A stretch of DNA of 58,742 nucleotides, the filler included, from Jimgerdemannia flammicorona (Eukaryota), in the NCBI GenBank assembly GCA_003990765.1. It is 3 parts of 3 records of this genome, joined end to end, with 100 filler letters (N's around TTAATTAATTAA, not from the genome) between each part and the next. Parts side by side here need not be neighbours in the genome. Positions count along the whole stretch, not along the records: positions 1 to 19,517 come from RBNJ01001921.1; positions 19,618 to 39,133 come from RBNJ01001922.1; 1 more part is not named here. The stretch is one strand, 5' to 3'. The notes under the pieces are model-generated. The model was not told the DNA's origin. It saw only the letters and a list, made by a program, of their open reading frames with translations, and did no database searches. How positions within the stretch are numbered: the stretch's first letter is position 1; every line of letters starts with the position of its first letter. Shown here piece after piece: positions 10,900 through 24,989 of this stretch. Position numbers and translations under genes: made by a program.

Positions 10900-13065
10900 A
10901 CTTGGTGTCCATTAACTGGTGATTCAAGACAAATCCCTCACTTTCAAGCTAAACAATGAATAACCACTATCTGAATAACCATACTAATCAAACTAAGATA
11001 TCTAGACAAGATAGATATAAGACCATCTATATTTCACAGTTATACTTCAAATAAGTCAATCATTATCTTCATTGATAATTTTGAGCAATATACTGCTGTA
11101 AGGAGCCTGACAGTAATGCAGCAAGTAACCCTCATACTCTTCAGTCTTCAAGGATCAGCAATAGCAGCATTCACTGCTATAACCCATATAGGAAATGATG
11201 ATGATGCTATACTAGTAGCATAGAAGACCTAGCTCTGAGCCATATACTATATAAATGAGATCAAGCAGATACTGAAGAATCAGCTCAACACAATATGTTA
11301 AGGAATAAGTGAGAATCCAAATACATTTTACACCAGAATTCAATATTAGATAATTCTTGCTGATTATGCTGCCACTATCAGGAATCAAGTAGCTGAAGCA
11401 ACCTTTATGAAAGAAATCTATCCAGAGATAGCTCTGGCCATCTACTCATCACCAATAGTCCTAGATCTGATACAAAAGGTCACCTATGCTCAGCAATACT
11501 GGATAGCCAGACACCTACAAGACTATATAATAGAGAGAATTACTGAGGGTCAGAATTGAAGTACTAAAGATAACTAGTATGATCCCTACTATAGTGATCA
11601 ATTAAAATATACCTCAACCAAGAGCTACTGAATAACAGAGAGATAGTGACTCAATAGAGAAACTTACTAAGAAGTTTGCCAAAATGACAGCTCACCTAGG
11701 AGATATAGTAAAGGAAATCAAAGGAAGAGACCACTGCCTAGTTTAGAAATTTACTGCTACCTCAGACAAGAAGAGAGGTACCTACTACACTTGTGGAAAA
11801 GAGAGCCACTACTTATACAAATGTATGAGTGAGACCAAATGCAAGATACAGCCAAACAATGCTACTCTAAATAAGGAACAGACATCATCATCTTCAAAGA
11901 AATTGAAGAGTCTGATAAAGAGAAGTGAGAGGTCTACCCTATACAGACTACCAAGAAAGATGTCTGCAAACAATCCTATAAGAGACCACCAGGGAGATCT
12001 AAGAAGAATCCAGTGGAGAAGCAGATGGAGACTGCTACACTAAGTCAAGGTGAAGAAATAGATCAAGATATGGAGCTAGAACAGACTGTTCAAGATATTA
12101 TCTGAGGAACCACTCCAGCCAGTAAAGGAGAAAAGAAGAAGAAGCTTTACAAAACCAAGACCTTTAAGTATGATATCTTCAAGGACCTCAATCAACAAAA
12201 GGTCAATGCAACCTTTGGCCAGCTAGCAGAAATACCTATATTTAGACAGTAAATGAGATATGGACTTACTGAGACAACTAAGAAATAAGGATGGAAAATA
12301 ACCAAGACCAATAATGTTCAAGAGGATTCAGGAGAAGAAAGTGAAGACAACCATAAGATCTCTATCTATGCAACTTGTCAAATCAAGGATAGAGTCTTTG
12401 AGACTATCATTGATACAGGAGTAGGAGGATGCCTCCTCAGTAAGAAAGCAGCAGACTGTCTAGGTTGGAAAGTTGAAGAAGCAATCAAATTGGTATTCAT
12501 TACAGCAGATGATATAAAGAGCCACATCTCTGGGAAATATCTGAGATGTTCCCATCAAGTTTAGAGGAGCAACCATTTCAGTGGATGTAATTGTAACCAA
12601 TGTCACCAACTATGATATCCTCATCAGCAATCAGTGGCTACAAAAAGCCAAAGTAATAATTGATCTGAATGCCAAGAAGATGCAGATCATCTACTGAGAT
12701 CAGAGGATGTGAATTTCCATTAATGTCAACAAAGGAGTTCTGCCTGAGATAGAGGAAGAAGAAAGCAAGCAAGAAGAAGCCTATATGGTGACTACTCAGA
12801 AAAAGGAGAAGAAAGTCGAATAGATCAATGAAGAAGACTGGTGTAAGAAGATTACAAAGGATATGCACCATATGAAGTTTGCCCTCATGGAATCAAAATG
12901 TACTGCAGCAAGCACATCAATGACTACTACCAATATAGCATTGGCATCAGAAAGATTTATCAGAAAAGAAGACAGAAGACTCTCAAAAAACAGGCAAAAG
13001 AAGAGGAGGAGGAAGAGGATGATGAACCACCAATCCTTCTAGAGGACAGAAATGATGAAGAAGAA

Positions 13066-13485
13066 ATTAAGGTCAAGATTCAGAGAATTCACCCTGATGC
13101 AGTCCTACCAGAATATAAGTCAGAAAATACAGTAGAAATGGATATCACCACAGTAGAAGAAACTATACTGGAGCCCTAGACAACCACCCTACTCATAACT
13201 GGTCTGGAGATAACCATTCTGAAGGACCATATTAGAATCCTCAAGACAAGAAACAGTCTGACCAGAAGTGAAATCACAAATGAAGAAGGAGTCATTGATT
13301 CAGATTACTTTAGAGAAATACTACTTATTGCTAGGAACCACAATCCTATAATTCTATTCCCAATCAAGAAAAAGAACTAACTGGTATAGATATTGATCTT
13401 CTCAATTCTTTAGCTAAGAATCATAGAAGTCAAGAAGTTGGAGAAAATAGAAAGAAGAAAGAAAGGATTCAGATCCATAAGAAGA
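13066..13485 (+). pseudogene. dUTPase domain between protease and RT of Gypsy 1
   Basis: KVKIQRIHPDAVLPEYKSENTVEMDI..TGLEI..KTRNSL..GVIDSDY..KKGFRS: decayed forms of the trimeric dUTPase motifs. Confidence 0.88.
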
Positions 13486-16001
13486 GAAGTATTTGCCAGT
13501 ACCAAGATCACCAAGCTAGAGTACAAGAAGGAGGAAACTACAGACAAGCACAGCTATACTATTGGAAATGAATTCCAACTCATAATGGAGCTCAAAAAAA
13601 ATATGTCACAAATTTGAGGATATCCTTACCACAGACTTTAAGAATATCAAAGAAAAGACTCCACACTACTATTATAGTATAGATACTGCAGATACTGAAC
13701 CAATTTACCAGAAGGCAAGATCTGTTCCACCAGCCTACCAAGAGTGGCTTAGAGAAGAAATCAAGCAAATGAAAGAAGCTGATATTATCAAGGAGGCCAG
13801 TAGCCCCTAGTCTTCACCAGTCATACTAGTCTCAAAGAAAGGAAGCAAGCCTGGAGAATTCACTCCAAGACTCTGTATTAATTATAAAAAGCTCAATGTA
13901 GTTATTAAGAAAGATTACCCACTACTGCCCCTCATTAATAACATCCTTATAACTCTAGGAGATACATAAAGCACAGTACTATAGAACCTTGGATCTATAC
14001 TCAGAATTCTACCAAATCAGACTCACAGAAATAGCAAGTGAGAAATTAGCCTTCATTACTCCAGATGGAACCTATATCTACCTACAAATGCTATTTGGAA
14101 TATATGATGCCCCTGCAAGCTTCTAGTAAATGATAAATAAAATCTTCCACTATGATATAGGAAGATGGATGATAGTTTATATAGATGATGTTATTATCTC
14201 TAGCAAGACAGCCAAAGAACATCTGTAGCATATCCAGCAGATGATGAAAAAGCTAAGACAGTATGGTCTTTACATCAAGCCCAAGAAGTACAAGTTTGCA
14301 GAAATTGAGATCATCTATCTTGGCCATATCATTAATTAAGATAGAATATATATAGACCCCCTCAAGATTCAAGCTGTAGTAGCATACCCAAGGCCCACCA
14401 CAGTTACTGAAGCCCAAGTCTTTATGGGACTTGCCTCATACTACTACAGATTTATCAGAGGATTCTCCAATATTGCAGGCCCAATCTATGAACTCAATAA
14501 GAAGGATACTAAGTTCCAATGGACTGACAGGCAACAAAAAGCATTTGATGAGCTTAAGGTTAGACTGACCCAGATACCTATCCTTAGAAGACCTGATTGG
14601 ACTCAAGAATTCATTCTGCAGACAGATGTAAGCACTCAAAGACTAGGAGTGGTTCTAGCTCAAAGAAAAGACAAAGTAGAGTATGTTATTACATACCTAA
14701 GCCAAGGAACCTGAGGAGCTGAAAAAGAATATGAATTCTACAAGTTGGAATATCTTGCAGTCATCTGAACTGTGGAAAGGTTCCACTACTATCTTGCTGG
14801 AAGATACTTCACTATCCAGACAGACCACTCAGCCCTTACTTGACTACTGACCACTAGGCAATCCAAAGGAATCTATATCAGATATATCATGAAGTTGCAA
14901 GCATATGACATAACCATTATGCACTGGTCAGGAAGAATCAATGTTAATATAGATGCCCTCTTACAGATACTCTGAAGGACTCCCAACCAGTAAATCAATC
15001 ATGAATAAAGAGCTTTACTATAGAATCATCACCTACCTGAGATAGTGAAAGATGTCCCAACATCTGAAAGAATAGACACAAATTATTATCAATAGAACAT
15101 GGAAACAATTCAAAACCAATAGAGAAATATTGAAGAAAGATAAGCTACTAGTCATATTAGAAAACAAGAAAGAGCAAGCAATGAAATCAATATATGAACT
15201 TGGTTATCTAAGAGGAACAAATATATATAATAAAGCAAAAAGAACAATATAGTAGTCAGAAATAGAGGAAGATATCAGACAATTTGTCAAGATCTGTAAC
15301 AAATGCCAGAAACAGAAATAAGATCAATGAAATCAAGCCCCAGGATCAGCATACATAGAATCAGTACCATTTGCCCACATTATAATGGATGTAATTGGCC
15401 CCCTACTCTTGACTTTGACTGGCAACTGATATATCATTGTCATTGTAGACCTTTTTATAAAATGGATAGAGATAGGACCTCTTAAGAAAGCCAATATACA
15501 GTCAATTGCTGATTTCTTTCATAAAGAAATTATCTGCTAGTTCAAGACCCCATCACAAGTAACCACAGACAGAGGAATAGAATTTGTGAACCAGTTCTCT
15601 ATAAGAAGTACAAGATCTAGCATATTCAGACCACAGTATATCATCCTTAAGAAAATAGATAGGTGGAAAGGACCAACAAGACTCTCAAGAATGTTATCAC
15701 CAAGATCTGTGATAACTATGAAAACTGGGATCACTATCTGCCAATAGCATTATCTGCTCCCTAGGATATTTGATCACAAAGCATCCATATTACCTCTTAG
15801 GAAATGCTATTCAGAGAAGAAAGTTTTCAAGAAACCCTATTATCCAATGGAGATACTATATGGAAATATATGGATAGAGAAATATAGAGACTATATCAGA
15901 TCAGGAAGAAGACTGAGGATTACATAACCAAGATACAGATACTATAGTAGAATAATATGAAAAAGATTCACAAGTCTCTGGAGATTATCAAGATAGGAGA
16001 C

Positions 16002-19000
16002 AATGAGGGGGCTCGCTCGAGACTACAGGTCAATGAATGCAGGAAGGTCTTGGGCGTATAGTACCCAAAATGTTTCAACACCGTTGTTTGTCTAAGGCAT
16101 GTCTAAATCAGGCGTAGTCTTTCCTTTTTTGGTACTAGCGTGGTAGGCACATTACTTCTATATGTAATTCTACCATTCACCCAACATTACTTCGTACATG
16201 CTTTATACTTATGCTTTTGCGCTTCCGTACATTCGTACGCATTTCATTACATTACCATGGTCCTCTCTGCAAATTCCTGCCTTTTGTGTCAATACGACCC
16301 TTTCCATATGTCGAAGGGCCAATACGACCTGGGCTCCGCCACCTGCCCTTTCCACTTGGACGTTAATTTCATCGAGCGTATGCTCCGTTTTCTGCAAGAC
16401 GACCTGGAATCTGATAGCAAGAACCCCGATGTTGCTATCCTCATATATTATCTCGCCACCCTCCCTGATCACTCTACTTCCACACCCCGCCGAATCATGC
16501 GTCTATCAGCGCATGCCGCATCCAAGGCTCCCGCTAGCGCTACGGCAGCTGGATCAGCTTTTTTCAGCACACCGGCCTCTGATGTTTCCATCGAATTCAG
16601 CATTGCTCAGCTCCAAGAGCATGCATCTGCGTAAGACCATCGGTTCGATGAACTTTTTCAGCTCTTACGCTCTCGCCCTGACATCGTACATATCTTCGGC
16701 AGCACCGGCTAGTACAGTTCCTGCCGTATCACGCCACTGCCTCTCTTTCGGCAGTTCTCACATCCCCATCCTCATCCCAGCCCTTACCAACTATCCCTTC
16801 GGTTCGGTCCACCGGCATTCACGGCCCTGCCGGTAATCCCCAGGGTGAGTCTATCCCTATACCTCCTTCTGTCGTCTCTGCCCATACTGTTGTCCGAGGC
16901 ATCAATCTCTCTTTAAAATATGCCCATGTTAATCAATGGCTATTGGCCGCGGTCGTCGACAATTCGTTCACCACCGTGTTGCTCGGCCGTTTCTTAGAGC
17001 GAAATGTCGTTTCTATTGGTAGTCTTCCTGACGCTCAATTCATCAAAATGTTTGATGAATCGGGTGCTCAGATCATTCTTTGAAAGCCGCCATCCCTTAT
17101 CAAAGATCTTCCGGACGTCCCTGCTTTCCTCGCCGCTCTGCTTATGTATTTCAGTGTTCTTCATGACGTGTACCTGGGTCTCACCGATCCTACTCCATTC
17201 TTTTCATATGCTGCGGATTTTATTTTACTATCAACGTTGTCATATTGATCCGCGCTTCTCGATTATTATGTCTCCTTTTATATAAAATGACTGGTGGAGA
17301 TCACGAATGATGGTGTTTCTTTAGTATGGTGTGAGCACTGGGCCTGGCACGACCCCGACCTCTTTATGATCCTTAGTCTACATCAACGTCCGTGAACTCC
17401 GACCTCTACATCTAATCTGCTTAAGCCCTTCAAGTCTCATAACGTACAACAGGGGCTATGTTTTACTGATGGCTCCTCTGCTACATCTACTGAGAAAGCC
17501 TCTCAACGGTCTACTTGTTGGGCATACAATGGCGTTCTATTTGATGGATCACCTATGAAGGATCCTGGGTGCAATAGAAAAGGATGCCCTTATGTGCATT
17601 CCTGTTCTCATTGCAATAGTGATCATCCATGGTATCGATGCTCCCACAATCCATCGTCTCGCCCCTAGGAACTCACCCCCATTTATTCTTTATATATACC
17701 CCTGGCCGCTCCAAATACCCTACTCTGTCGCTCATTTACCGCCCCTCTCAACGAAGCTGCTCAAGACATTCTACATCGTTTTCCTCTTCCTTCTTCTGCT
17801 CTTCGCCCTGTTGCGTGGGCACATGAGCTCTAGTTGTATCCTGCCCCGCGGGTAGCTCAGGCTGCTATCGCTGCTATTACTCAAGGTGCTCTTCTCGGCT
17901 TTGATGGGCCTCATTGGCGCCTGCTGTCCTATAATCATTGCTCCACTCTCAACCACCCGGAAGCGATCACATCTGACATTGAGTGGGAAGTTGCCGCCGG
18001 TAGAATTTGTGGCCCATTCTCATTCCCTCCGTTTGAATGCTTTCACTCATCTCCTCTTAGCGCCATCGTGAAGAAGAATTCTAATAGCACATGGCGTCGT
18101 ATTCACGACCTTTCTTGGCCCCATCATGGTAATTCGGTGAATACCGGCATAGATACTGATGCCTTCCAGCTCTCTTACATTAAGTTCGATGAGGCTTTGG
18201 ACTTGGTTCGTTATTTTGGCCAGGGATGTCTTCTATCGAAGGTCGACCTTGCTGATGCATATCATTATATTCTCATCCATCCTACGGATTGGGAGTTGCT
18301 GGGTTTCGAGTGGTCGGGGCAGTTTTATTTCGATCGGTTCGGTCCTTTTGGCACATCCTCGTCACTATTTCTTTTCAATCTTTTCACGGAACTTCTTGCA
18401 TGGATCACCCACTGTCACGACATATGCGTGCTCATCCACTATGTCGACGATTTTCTCCTCATTTCGCCGCTACTCCGGCTGTTTGCCCTCTCCGATCTAC
18501 GTTTACTTCTTGCCATCTGTCATTATCTCGGCTGGTCAATTCAAGAGCGTAAGGTCGAAGGCCTGACAATGTCACTCATCTTTCTGGGTATCGAATTGGA
18601 TACAACAGCTATGGAAGCCCACCTGCCTCTCGGCAAGCTTGACACGTTGCTTACCACCCTTCAGCAGTGGCTATCGCACACATTATATACATGCCCTCAA
18701 CTGCAGTCTCTTATTGGTTCCTTGGCATTTGCCTGTAAAATTATTCTGCTGGGCCGCCCATTCCTGCAGCAGTTTATCGACCTTCTTTCCAGCAACGCCT
18801 CATTTCATATCTCACTGAATGAGGAATTCTATGCTGACATTTGTTGGTGGCTCGAATTCCTACCCCACTGGAATGGTATTTCCATTATACATCTGGTGGC
18901 ATGGTTCCACGAGCCTGATGCACAATTATGGATGGACACCAGCGGGATCCAAGGCTTTGGTGCACATTTCAATAGCAAATGGTTTTCCGCTCTCTGGCCT

Positions 19001-19261
19001 CCCGATATAGCCTCACACGACATTCAGTTCAAGGAACTTTATGCCGTGGTCGCTGCCGCTGCTACCTGGGGCACTCAATGGCATTTTCACCGTATATTGC
19101 TTCATTCTGATAATCAGGTGGTCATCGCAATTATCAACTCGGGCTCTTCACGCAACCCTCTTCTGCTGGAACTTCTCTGCCAGCTCTATTTTCAAATGGC
19201 ACATCATGCTTTTCAACTTCGCGCCATATTCATCTCGACGTCCGATAATGGCATTGCTGAT
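16002..19261 (+). mobile_element. DIRS/Ngaro-type retrotransposon inserted in the Gypsy integrase C-terminal region, 3'-truncated
   Basis: Abrupt switch to CpG-containing sequence at tgagggggctcg; gag-like ORF followed by DIRS-type RT/RNase H; no tyrosine recombinase in the window. Confidence 0.88.
16257..17669 (+). pseudogene. Ngaro-like gag ORF1 with C-terminal zinc finger
   Basis: Ends CWAYN...CNRKGCPYVHSCSHCNSDHPWYRC; interrupted by stops and a frameshift. Confidence 0.7.
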
Positions 19262-19327
19262 GAGGTCATTGGGAAGATCTGGAATCTAGACTTGTGGGAG
19301 GGGTTGGCAATCAGTGGCTTACTGTAG
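17834..19327 (+). pseudogene. DIRS/Ngaro RT-RNase H (ORF open but conserved residues mutated; last ~22 codons are LINE-derived)
   Basis: WRRIHDLSWP, SKVDLADAY, PFG, HYVDDFL, FLGIELDT, KELYAV, SDNQ, DNGIAD. Confidence 0.88.
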
Positions 19328-19517
19328 GTTGGATTGTGGCAGTGTGGGTGGGGTTGGCTGGACATTGGCTCTTTGTTTTTGAGGAGGGGCGACAGATAGG
19401 GATCCGGGAAAAGTTATCAAGATGGGAGGAGTTGGTGGCAGATTTGCTGACAGGGTGGTGGGCTGGGTGGGGACGGCAAGGTGGGCATCGTCGCCGTCTG
19501 GTGGAGGGGATATGTGC
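19262..19517 (+). mobile_element. 3' fragment of an L1/Tx1-like LINE interrupting the DIRS element
   Basis: Reverse-complement homolog of the LINE 3' regions at ~19680-19950, ~41840-42095 and ~47210-47450. Confidence 0.8.
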
Positions 19518-19617
19518 NNNNNNNNNNNNNNNNNNNNNNNNNNNNNNNNNNNNNNNNNNNNTTAATTAATTAANNNNNNNNNNNNNNNNNNNNNNNNNNN
19601 NNNNNNNNNNNNNNNNN
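19518..19617. other. artificial contig linker
   Basis: 44 N + TTAATTAATTAA (stops in all six frames) + 44 N. Confidence 0.97.
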
Positions 19618-22600
19618 CCCCCTCCCTCTCTTTTACACTCTCACACTTGAAAGCCACCCTACCACCCACTACTCCAACTCTCTCCTCACTCTGCCTACAG
19701 ATCTTCTCTATCAAACAGTACTGCCTACCCTCCTGCAGACTCCATCTCAACCACCAGCCTATCAAGACATTCTTCATCATCTCTTTCCATCTTACTAACT
19801 GCTCCCCCAAACTCAAATGCTTTTCTTTCTCAAATACAAACTGTCAGTGATCTGCTAGTCCCATCCATACCACTAATATCGAGCCCAAAGTCAACCACTC
19901 TCTCTCCACTCCTACTCACTAATATATCTCTCAGATCCTTCTATCAATCCTGATCTTCATCCTCTCTGTATACAGCACCTAGCCTATTCTCAACTATTAA
20001 CCAAAAGTCTCTCAGTATCTTGCACTCTTTCAGCCAATATTCTGACATCTATATAAACCCTCCTTCCTTTTTTACATTATAGCACTCCTTATAATCAAAG
20101 TCCCCTCCTTCTATAAGGTGGTCTGAGCAAAAGTTGAGTATAACATTTCTCCACAGTATGTACCACTAAACCATCCAGTACTTGGATAGAAACTATTGAC
20201 TTATTACTACACTCTAGACCCAGAATCCATTCCAGTCCCACTCCTCTAATTCTGGCCATCTGCCAGCTGCTAGGTTATATATTCTGTCCCATCTCCCTCT
20301 GGCACTCTATCTCATCACCAATATCAAAGTCTATGAGGGGAGTGTCCTCTAGCAATACTCAATCTCATCTCTATATTACTAGGCCCCAAGGTACTACTCC
20401 TTCATCCTCCTACCAGTGAATTCCAATATGGTGAGCCCCATTCACTACTCTCTACCAAAAGTCCTTATATCTCATTTATCTCCTATTAGGAAGCCTAACC
20501 AAGGACAGCAAATCTCCAGTTACTCCTCTTAGTGAGCACTACATCTCCCAGACCTTCTTTATCAAGAGAACCCAACTATCTCTCCTCAATTCTACTGCTC
20601 TCTTCAGCCACCATACTCATAGATAATATAGCCTCTTCAGGAAGTCAACTAGCTCCAGGCCCCCTCTAGCCACTGGTAATGTCAAGATTTTCCAGCTAAT
20701 CAGACTCCTCTGCCCAGCCCAGATCTAATATTTTGCCAGCTTTAATAGCCTCTTCACAACCCAGGCTGGAAAGTTCAGATGATACACCAAATACCATAAC
20801 TTCAGTAACCAGTAAACATTCAAAATTGCAATGCACCCTGCTAAAGATATATGGCAGCCTCCCCAATCTCTTAGGATCTTTCTCTAGATGGTCACTCATT
20901 GCTTCTACCAAGCATGTATCAGGACTGACCCATATATAGAGAGATAAATGCCCAAGTATCTCACTATCTCTCCAGCAGAGATAATTGTTCCAATGATATC
21001 CCCTCTTACCAAACTATTACCTAATATTATTGTTTTATACTTATACTAGTTCAGTTTAGCCCCAGAGTATGCCTCATACCACTCCACTGTTTTTCAGAGT
21101 TCCTCAATATCAGCAATTGACCCCAGACCAACTATCATATCATCTATAAAGGCTCCAACCTTCCAAACAATATCAAATATAGAGAGCCCCCTTATCTTCC
21201 ACTGAATCCTATCTATTAATAGCTCTAAGGATAGAGCATACAAAATCAAGGACAGGGAGTCTCTCTGGGGTATGCCTCTCCCTAACTCCTCTATGTCTAT
21301 TGCATATGAGCACCACTCAACTATCTTCCAGTAGGCTGATCATTGCTATCTGAAACTACTGAGAGATATCAATCTTGGCCAGAACCTTTGCCAGCCAGAC
21401 TCACTATACATGATTATAGGTTTTTTTTCTGATCTAAGAAAACCAGCCTTCCATCCAGCCCACAGGCTTAAGCCCCTTCAATAATACCATATACTCAGGC
21501 TATACTATCTCTAATGAGCCACCCCCCTACAAACCCTTACTGCTCTTCACCCAAAATTTGCTGGGCTACCTTCTGCAGCCTCACTACTACCACCTTAGTG
21601 ACCAACTTCCTATCTATGTCCAGAAGTATAATGGGCTGCCAATTCTTCCAGTTCTCTCTTCTACTCTTGTCCTTGTAAAGCAGTACCACTAGTCCCAGAT
21701 CTTGCTCTCCCACTCATCTCTCCAACTATAGTACCAAATCATATATTGCTATCATCTCTCCCAGTACCCTAGGTACTTCCAGCATTCTCTTCCAAAAGTC
21801 TCAGAGCAGCCCATCCTCACTAGGCACTATGCACCAGTAGTCCATCTGAATTCTGAACTCTCTCCCACCTCTGCCTCACCCTCCTTACCTACAAGATCCT
21901 CAAAAGATGTTTAGATGGCCTCTCTCCCTCCTCAAGCCTCTGTCAGCATAATCAGACAGTTCTTCTCTGTCTGCCTACCACCTCTCCCATCTCTCTCTAA
22001 TAAACCCTAGCAGTCCCCTTCAATCTTATATACCAAATACCAATTGTGACACCCTCTTGTATTCAACTCTCTATCCTCTACTGAATGTCCTCTGCCCACT
22101 TGTCCCACAATGCCTTCTCAGTCAACAAAGAGGAATTTAGATACCAATGTCTAGACCTATCCCCAATCCTCCCAAAATGTCCCTGTCCCAACAATCCCCA
22201 ATGATCAGACCATGGACACCACCCAGTCTCTAGTAACTTTCAAACATCCAGCCCCCAACAATTGGCCATTAGCACTCAGTTGATCCTTATCTCCAGGCCA
22301 TTCACTCAGTGTGTATATACTTGTCTGTCTCTCCAGAATCCCCTTCTAGCATCTATCAGAGAACTCAGCCTTTCCACATCTTCTTATATTACCAGGTCTC
22401 TGCTCCTACTCTCAGTATCTCTCCATCAGTCCTATCCACTCATATATCCTGGACTATGTTAAAGTCCCCTCTGAGAATGTTCACTCTAGTCTCTAAAAGG
22501 ACCCCACTTTCTCTGAGACCCTCTACTCACTCTACTTGCTCACTCCATACAGCAGAGCAGTAGTATGAACCCACAGTAACTGGCTCTCAACCAGGTTGAC

Positions 22601-24960
22601 ACTACTCTCTCTACACCAGCCAGTCTCCTCCGCCTTCCACATTCTATATCTCCCCTTTGTCTCTCCAAACCAAGATTCCAACCTTGCCTTTCCATACTGC
22701 CACATCTCTCTATTATCTTATCTACTCCATTCTATCCAAGTCATCCTCACATCTGATATCCTACAATAGAAAGAGATTGGCCTCCAATCTCTTCATCTAT
22801 ATAAAAATGTTCCATCTTCACACTAATCCCCACAATCTATTTACATTCATAGAGAAAATATTTGTTACATATACTATTCATAATAGATAATATTAAGTAT
22901 CATACTCTTTCTCTACAAATCTACATTTATTCTCTTCTGTGCTAAGTCCAAGTTATGTTCTGCAGCCAGTCTCTCCTCTTCAGCCATCTTAGTCTCCAAT
23001 ATAACCAGAAGTTCAGCCATCTCACCATTCTTCTTTTCCTCAAAGTCCTCTCAATACTCCAGACAGGCCTCCTACCAGAGCTGCAATCCATGATACTCTG
23101 CCCAACAGAAGGCAGCCCTCTCACCAGAAACAACTGCCAGCTTAGCCTCCCTCTCCTTATCAACCTCAAACTCTTCCTCCTCCAGATAAATTGTAAGTAT
23201 CTCTGCCTTCAGTGCCTCTACCACTCCATTATCATACAGAATCTATGCTCAATACTCTTCACTCATCACTCTCAGGTCCACCTCTCCAAACTCTTTGGCT
23301 GTGAAGTTGTTCATTATCCAGTACACCCATAGTAGGTTTCCCACTTCCTTTCCCCCTAGAGTTACCAGCCTTCCTGCATCTAGCATTGAGATATCTGCCC
23401 CTATACTCACTGTCTCATCCCATTCTTCCTCTAGAACATCCACCAGTTCATCCTTATCAACCACTACCACCTGTCTCTCTTTCACTATCTCAGAAACTCC
23501 AAAGTGCACTTGCTGGATACTACATATTGATATATCCTCTACTGTCTGGCCCCTCACAGCTGGACTCTGCCTAACAAGAGGAGGAGTATCCTCTTAGACT
23601 TTGAACATATCATCAGTATACAGGTCATTACTCAGCATCTTCTCTATCTCATCTAGACTCTTCTCCACATTCCCTCTATTCTTACTGATCCAAATACTTG
23701 CTTTGGTACCCCCAGCCTCCTCAACTTTAGCAGCATCCTTCTTTACTCTTTCTTCCAGTCTTACTAATAGCTCTCTCTGTCTCTTGTACTCTTGAGATCT
23801 CTTCCATAGTCTCTTATCAATGCAGACCTATTTTCTATCTACTATCTCCAGGTATATCAACTCTACATATATCTTTCAAGCCTTTGTTCTCCACTCTACA
23901 GCCCTACTCATCTCCTCTAATGCCTCTAACAAATCTTCCTCCTCCTTCTCATTTCCCTTCACCCTCATTATCTTGCACATGAAGGCCCTCTATATCATCA
24001 CCATTAATCAATCATGAGTCTTCCCAGTAGCCTCTCTTCCTACCAGCTGAAGCCAAATATCAATATCCTCTATTTTAAATGAGATCTCTTCCCAGACTCA
24101 AAAGCCAATATCAATTACCTCACCATACTCAGCTATGACCTCCTTCACTCTTCTCTTTATCTCTATAGTAGTCATTATAGACACTTCTTTCACCAGAAGT
24201 TATACCATCCTGGGGTCCTACCTCAAGTATCACACCATCAGAACACACACCTCCCCAACAGTCAAACCCACCTTCAGTATAGCTTTCAATAGCTCAGCCT
24301 CCTCAAAGCCCACCTCTACTCCTTTTAAACCCCTCAGGAACTTTACTGACACTGCTCTATCTGTCTACTTCACAATTAGTCCCAAGATTATTTTCACTGT
24401 CACCACTAAGTCCCAGAAGCACAGAGTGACTGCAAACTCTAAGATCAACTTTTTGAGTAATAGTGTTATTGCCAGTTCCATTACACCATCAGCCAGATTA
24501 CTAGACTTCATGTCTTTCCCATAGCTTGGTCTACCATCAGTAGTCCCATCTAGATTTTTTTCCAGATTATCTATCATACTCTCATCAGCAGTTACTCCCT
24601 CAGCTGCTACACTACCAGCCCCACTACTCTGGTCCCCCAGAGCGACTTCTCCTTAAAGCCTCTGCTCAGCAGTCTTTACTATCTCCTTGCCCCTCTTCAG
24701 TCAACTCTCCAGCCCAGCTCCCAGCTGACCTCTCTTCACTTTATCTACAAAGCTTGCCCTCCCTGTCCCATGACCTCTAACACTACTCTCTCCCCTATTA
24801 CATCCTCTCACCAACAGGTCTCTCATACTTCCCCCCAAGTCAGGGTCCCTCTCTATATAATGCCAGTTAAATATATCAGAGCCACTCTATCTAGTATACA
24901 TCTCAGAACACTCATCAGTTGCTATGATACTAGTATCTTTTCTCCAAAAACTGTATTTTA
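19618..24960 (-). mobile_element. near-full-length degenerate L1/Tx1-like LINE
   Basis: Minus strand: AP-endonuclease motifs GDFN (~22460) and PWSDH (~22205), W.LNSSL-like linker, RT RQGDSLS-like (~21260), Y.DD (~21145) and YLGI (~20955); ORF1-like region upstream; almost CpG-free. Confidence 0.85.
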
Positions 24961-24989
24961 AGTATTGCTAGAAGATTGTGTAATCTGAA

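Larger units (their letters stand above)
10470..16001 (+). mobile_element. degenerate Ty3/Gypsy retrotransposon, order gag-PR-dUTPase-RT-RH-IN
   Basis: Decayed CCHC knuckle ~11780-11825; protease IIDTGVG ~12405; RT VYIDD ~14175; RNase H ILQTDVS..TDHSAL ~14610-14835; integrase MDVIGP..TDRGIEF ~15385-15585; many stops and frameshifts. Confidence 0.9.

Noticed and set aside
13066..13485. Host dUTPase gene or endogenous DNA virus
   Set aside because: Intronless, embedded in Gypsy pol and decayed along with it; no viral hallmark genes
19262..19327. Novel C-terminal extension of DIRS RNase H
   Set aside because: Read-through into an inserted LINE fragment
19562..19573. TTAATTAATTAA as a biological motif, and ORFs spanning it
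   Set aside because: Synthetic linker between N runs, repeated identically at 39178-39189
22955..24961. Plus-strand Ser/Leu-rich ORFs
   Set aside because: Antisense shadows of the purine-rich minus-strand LINE
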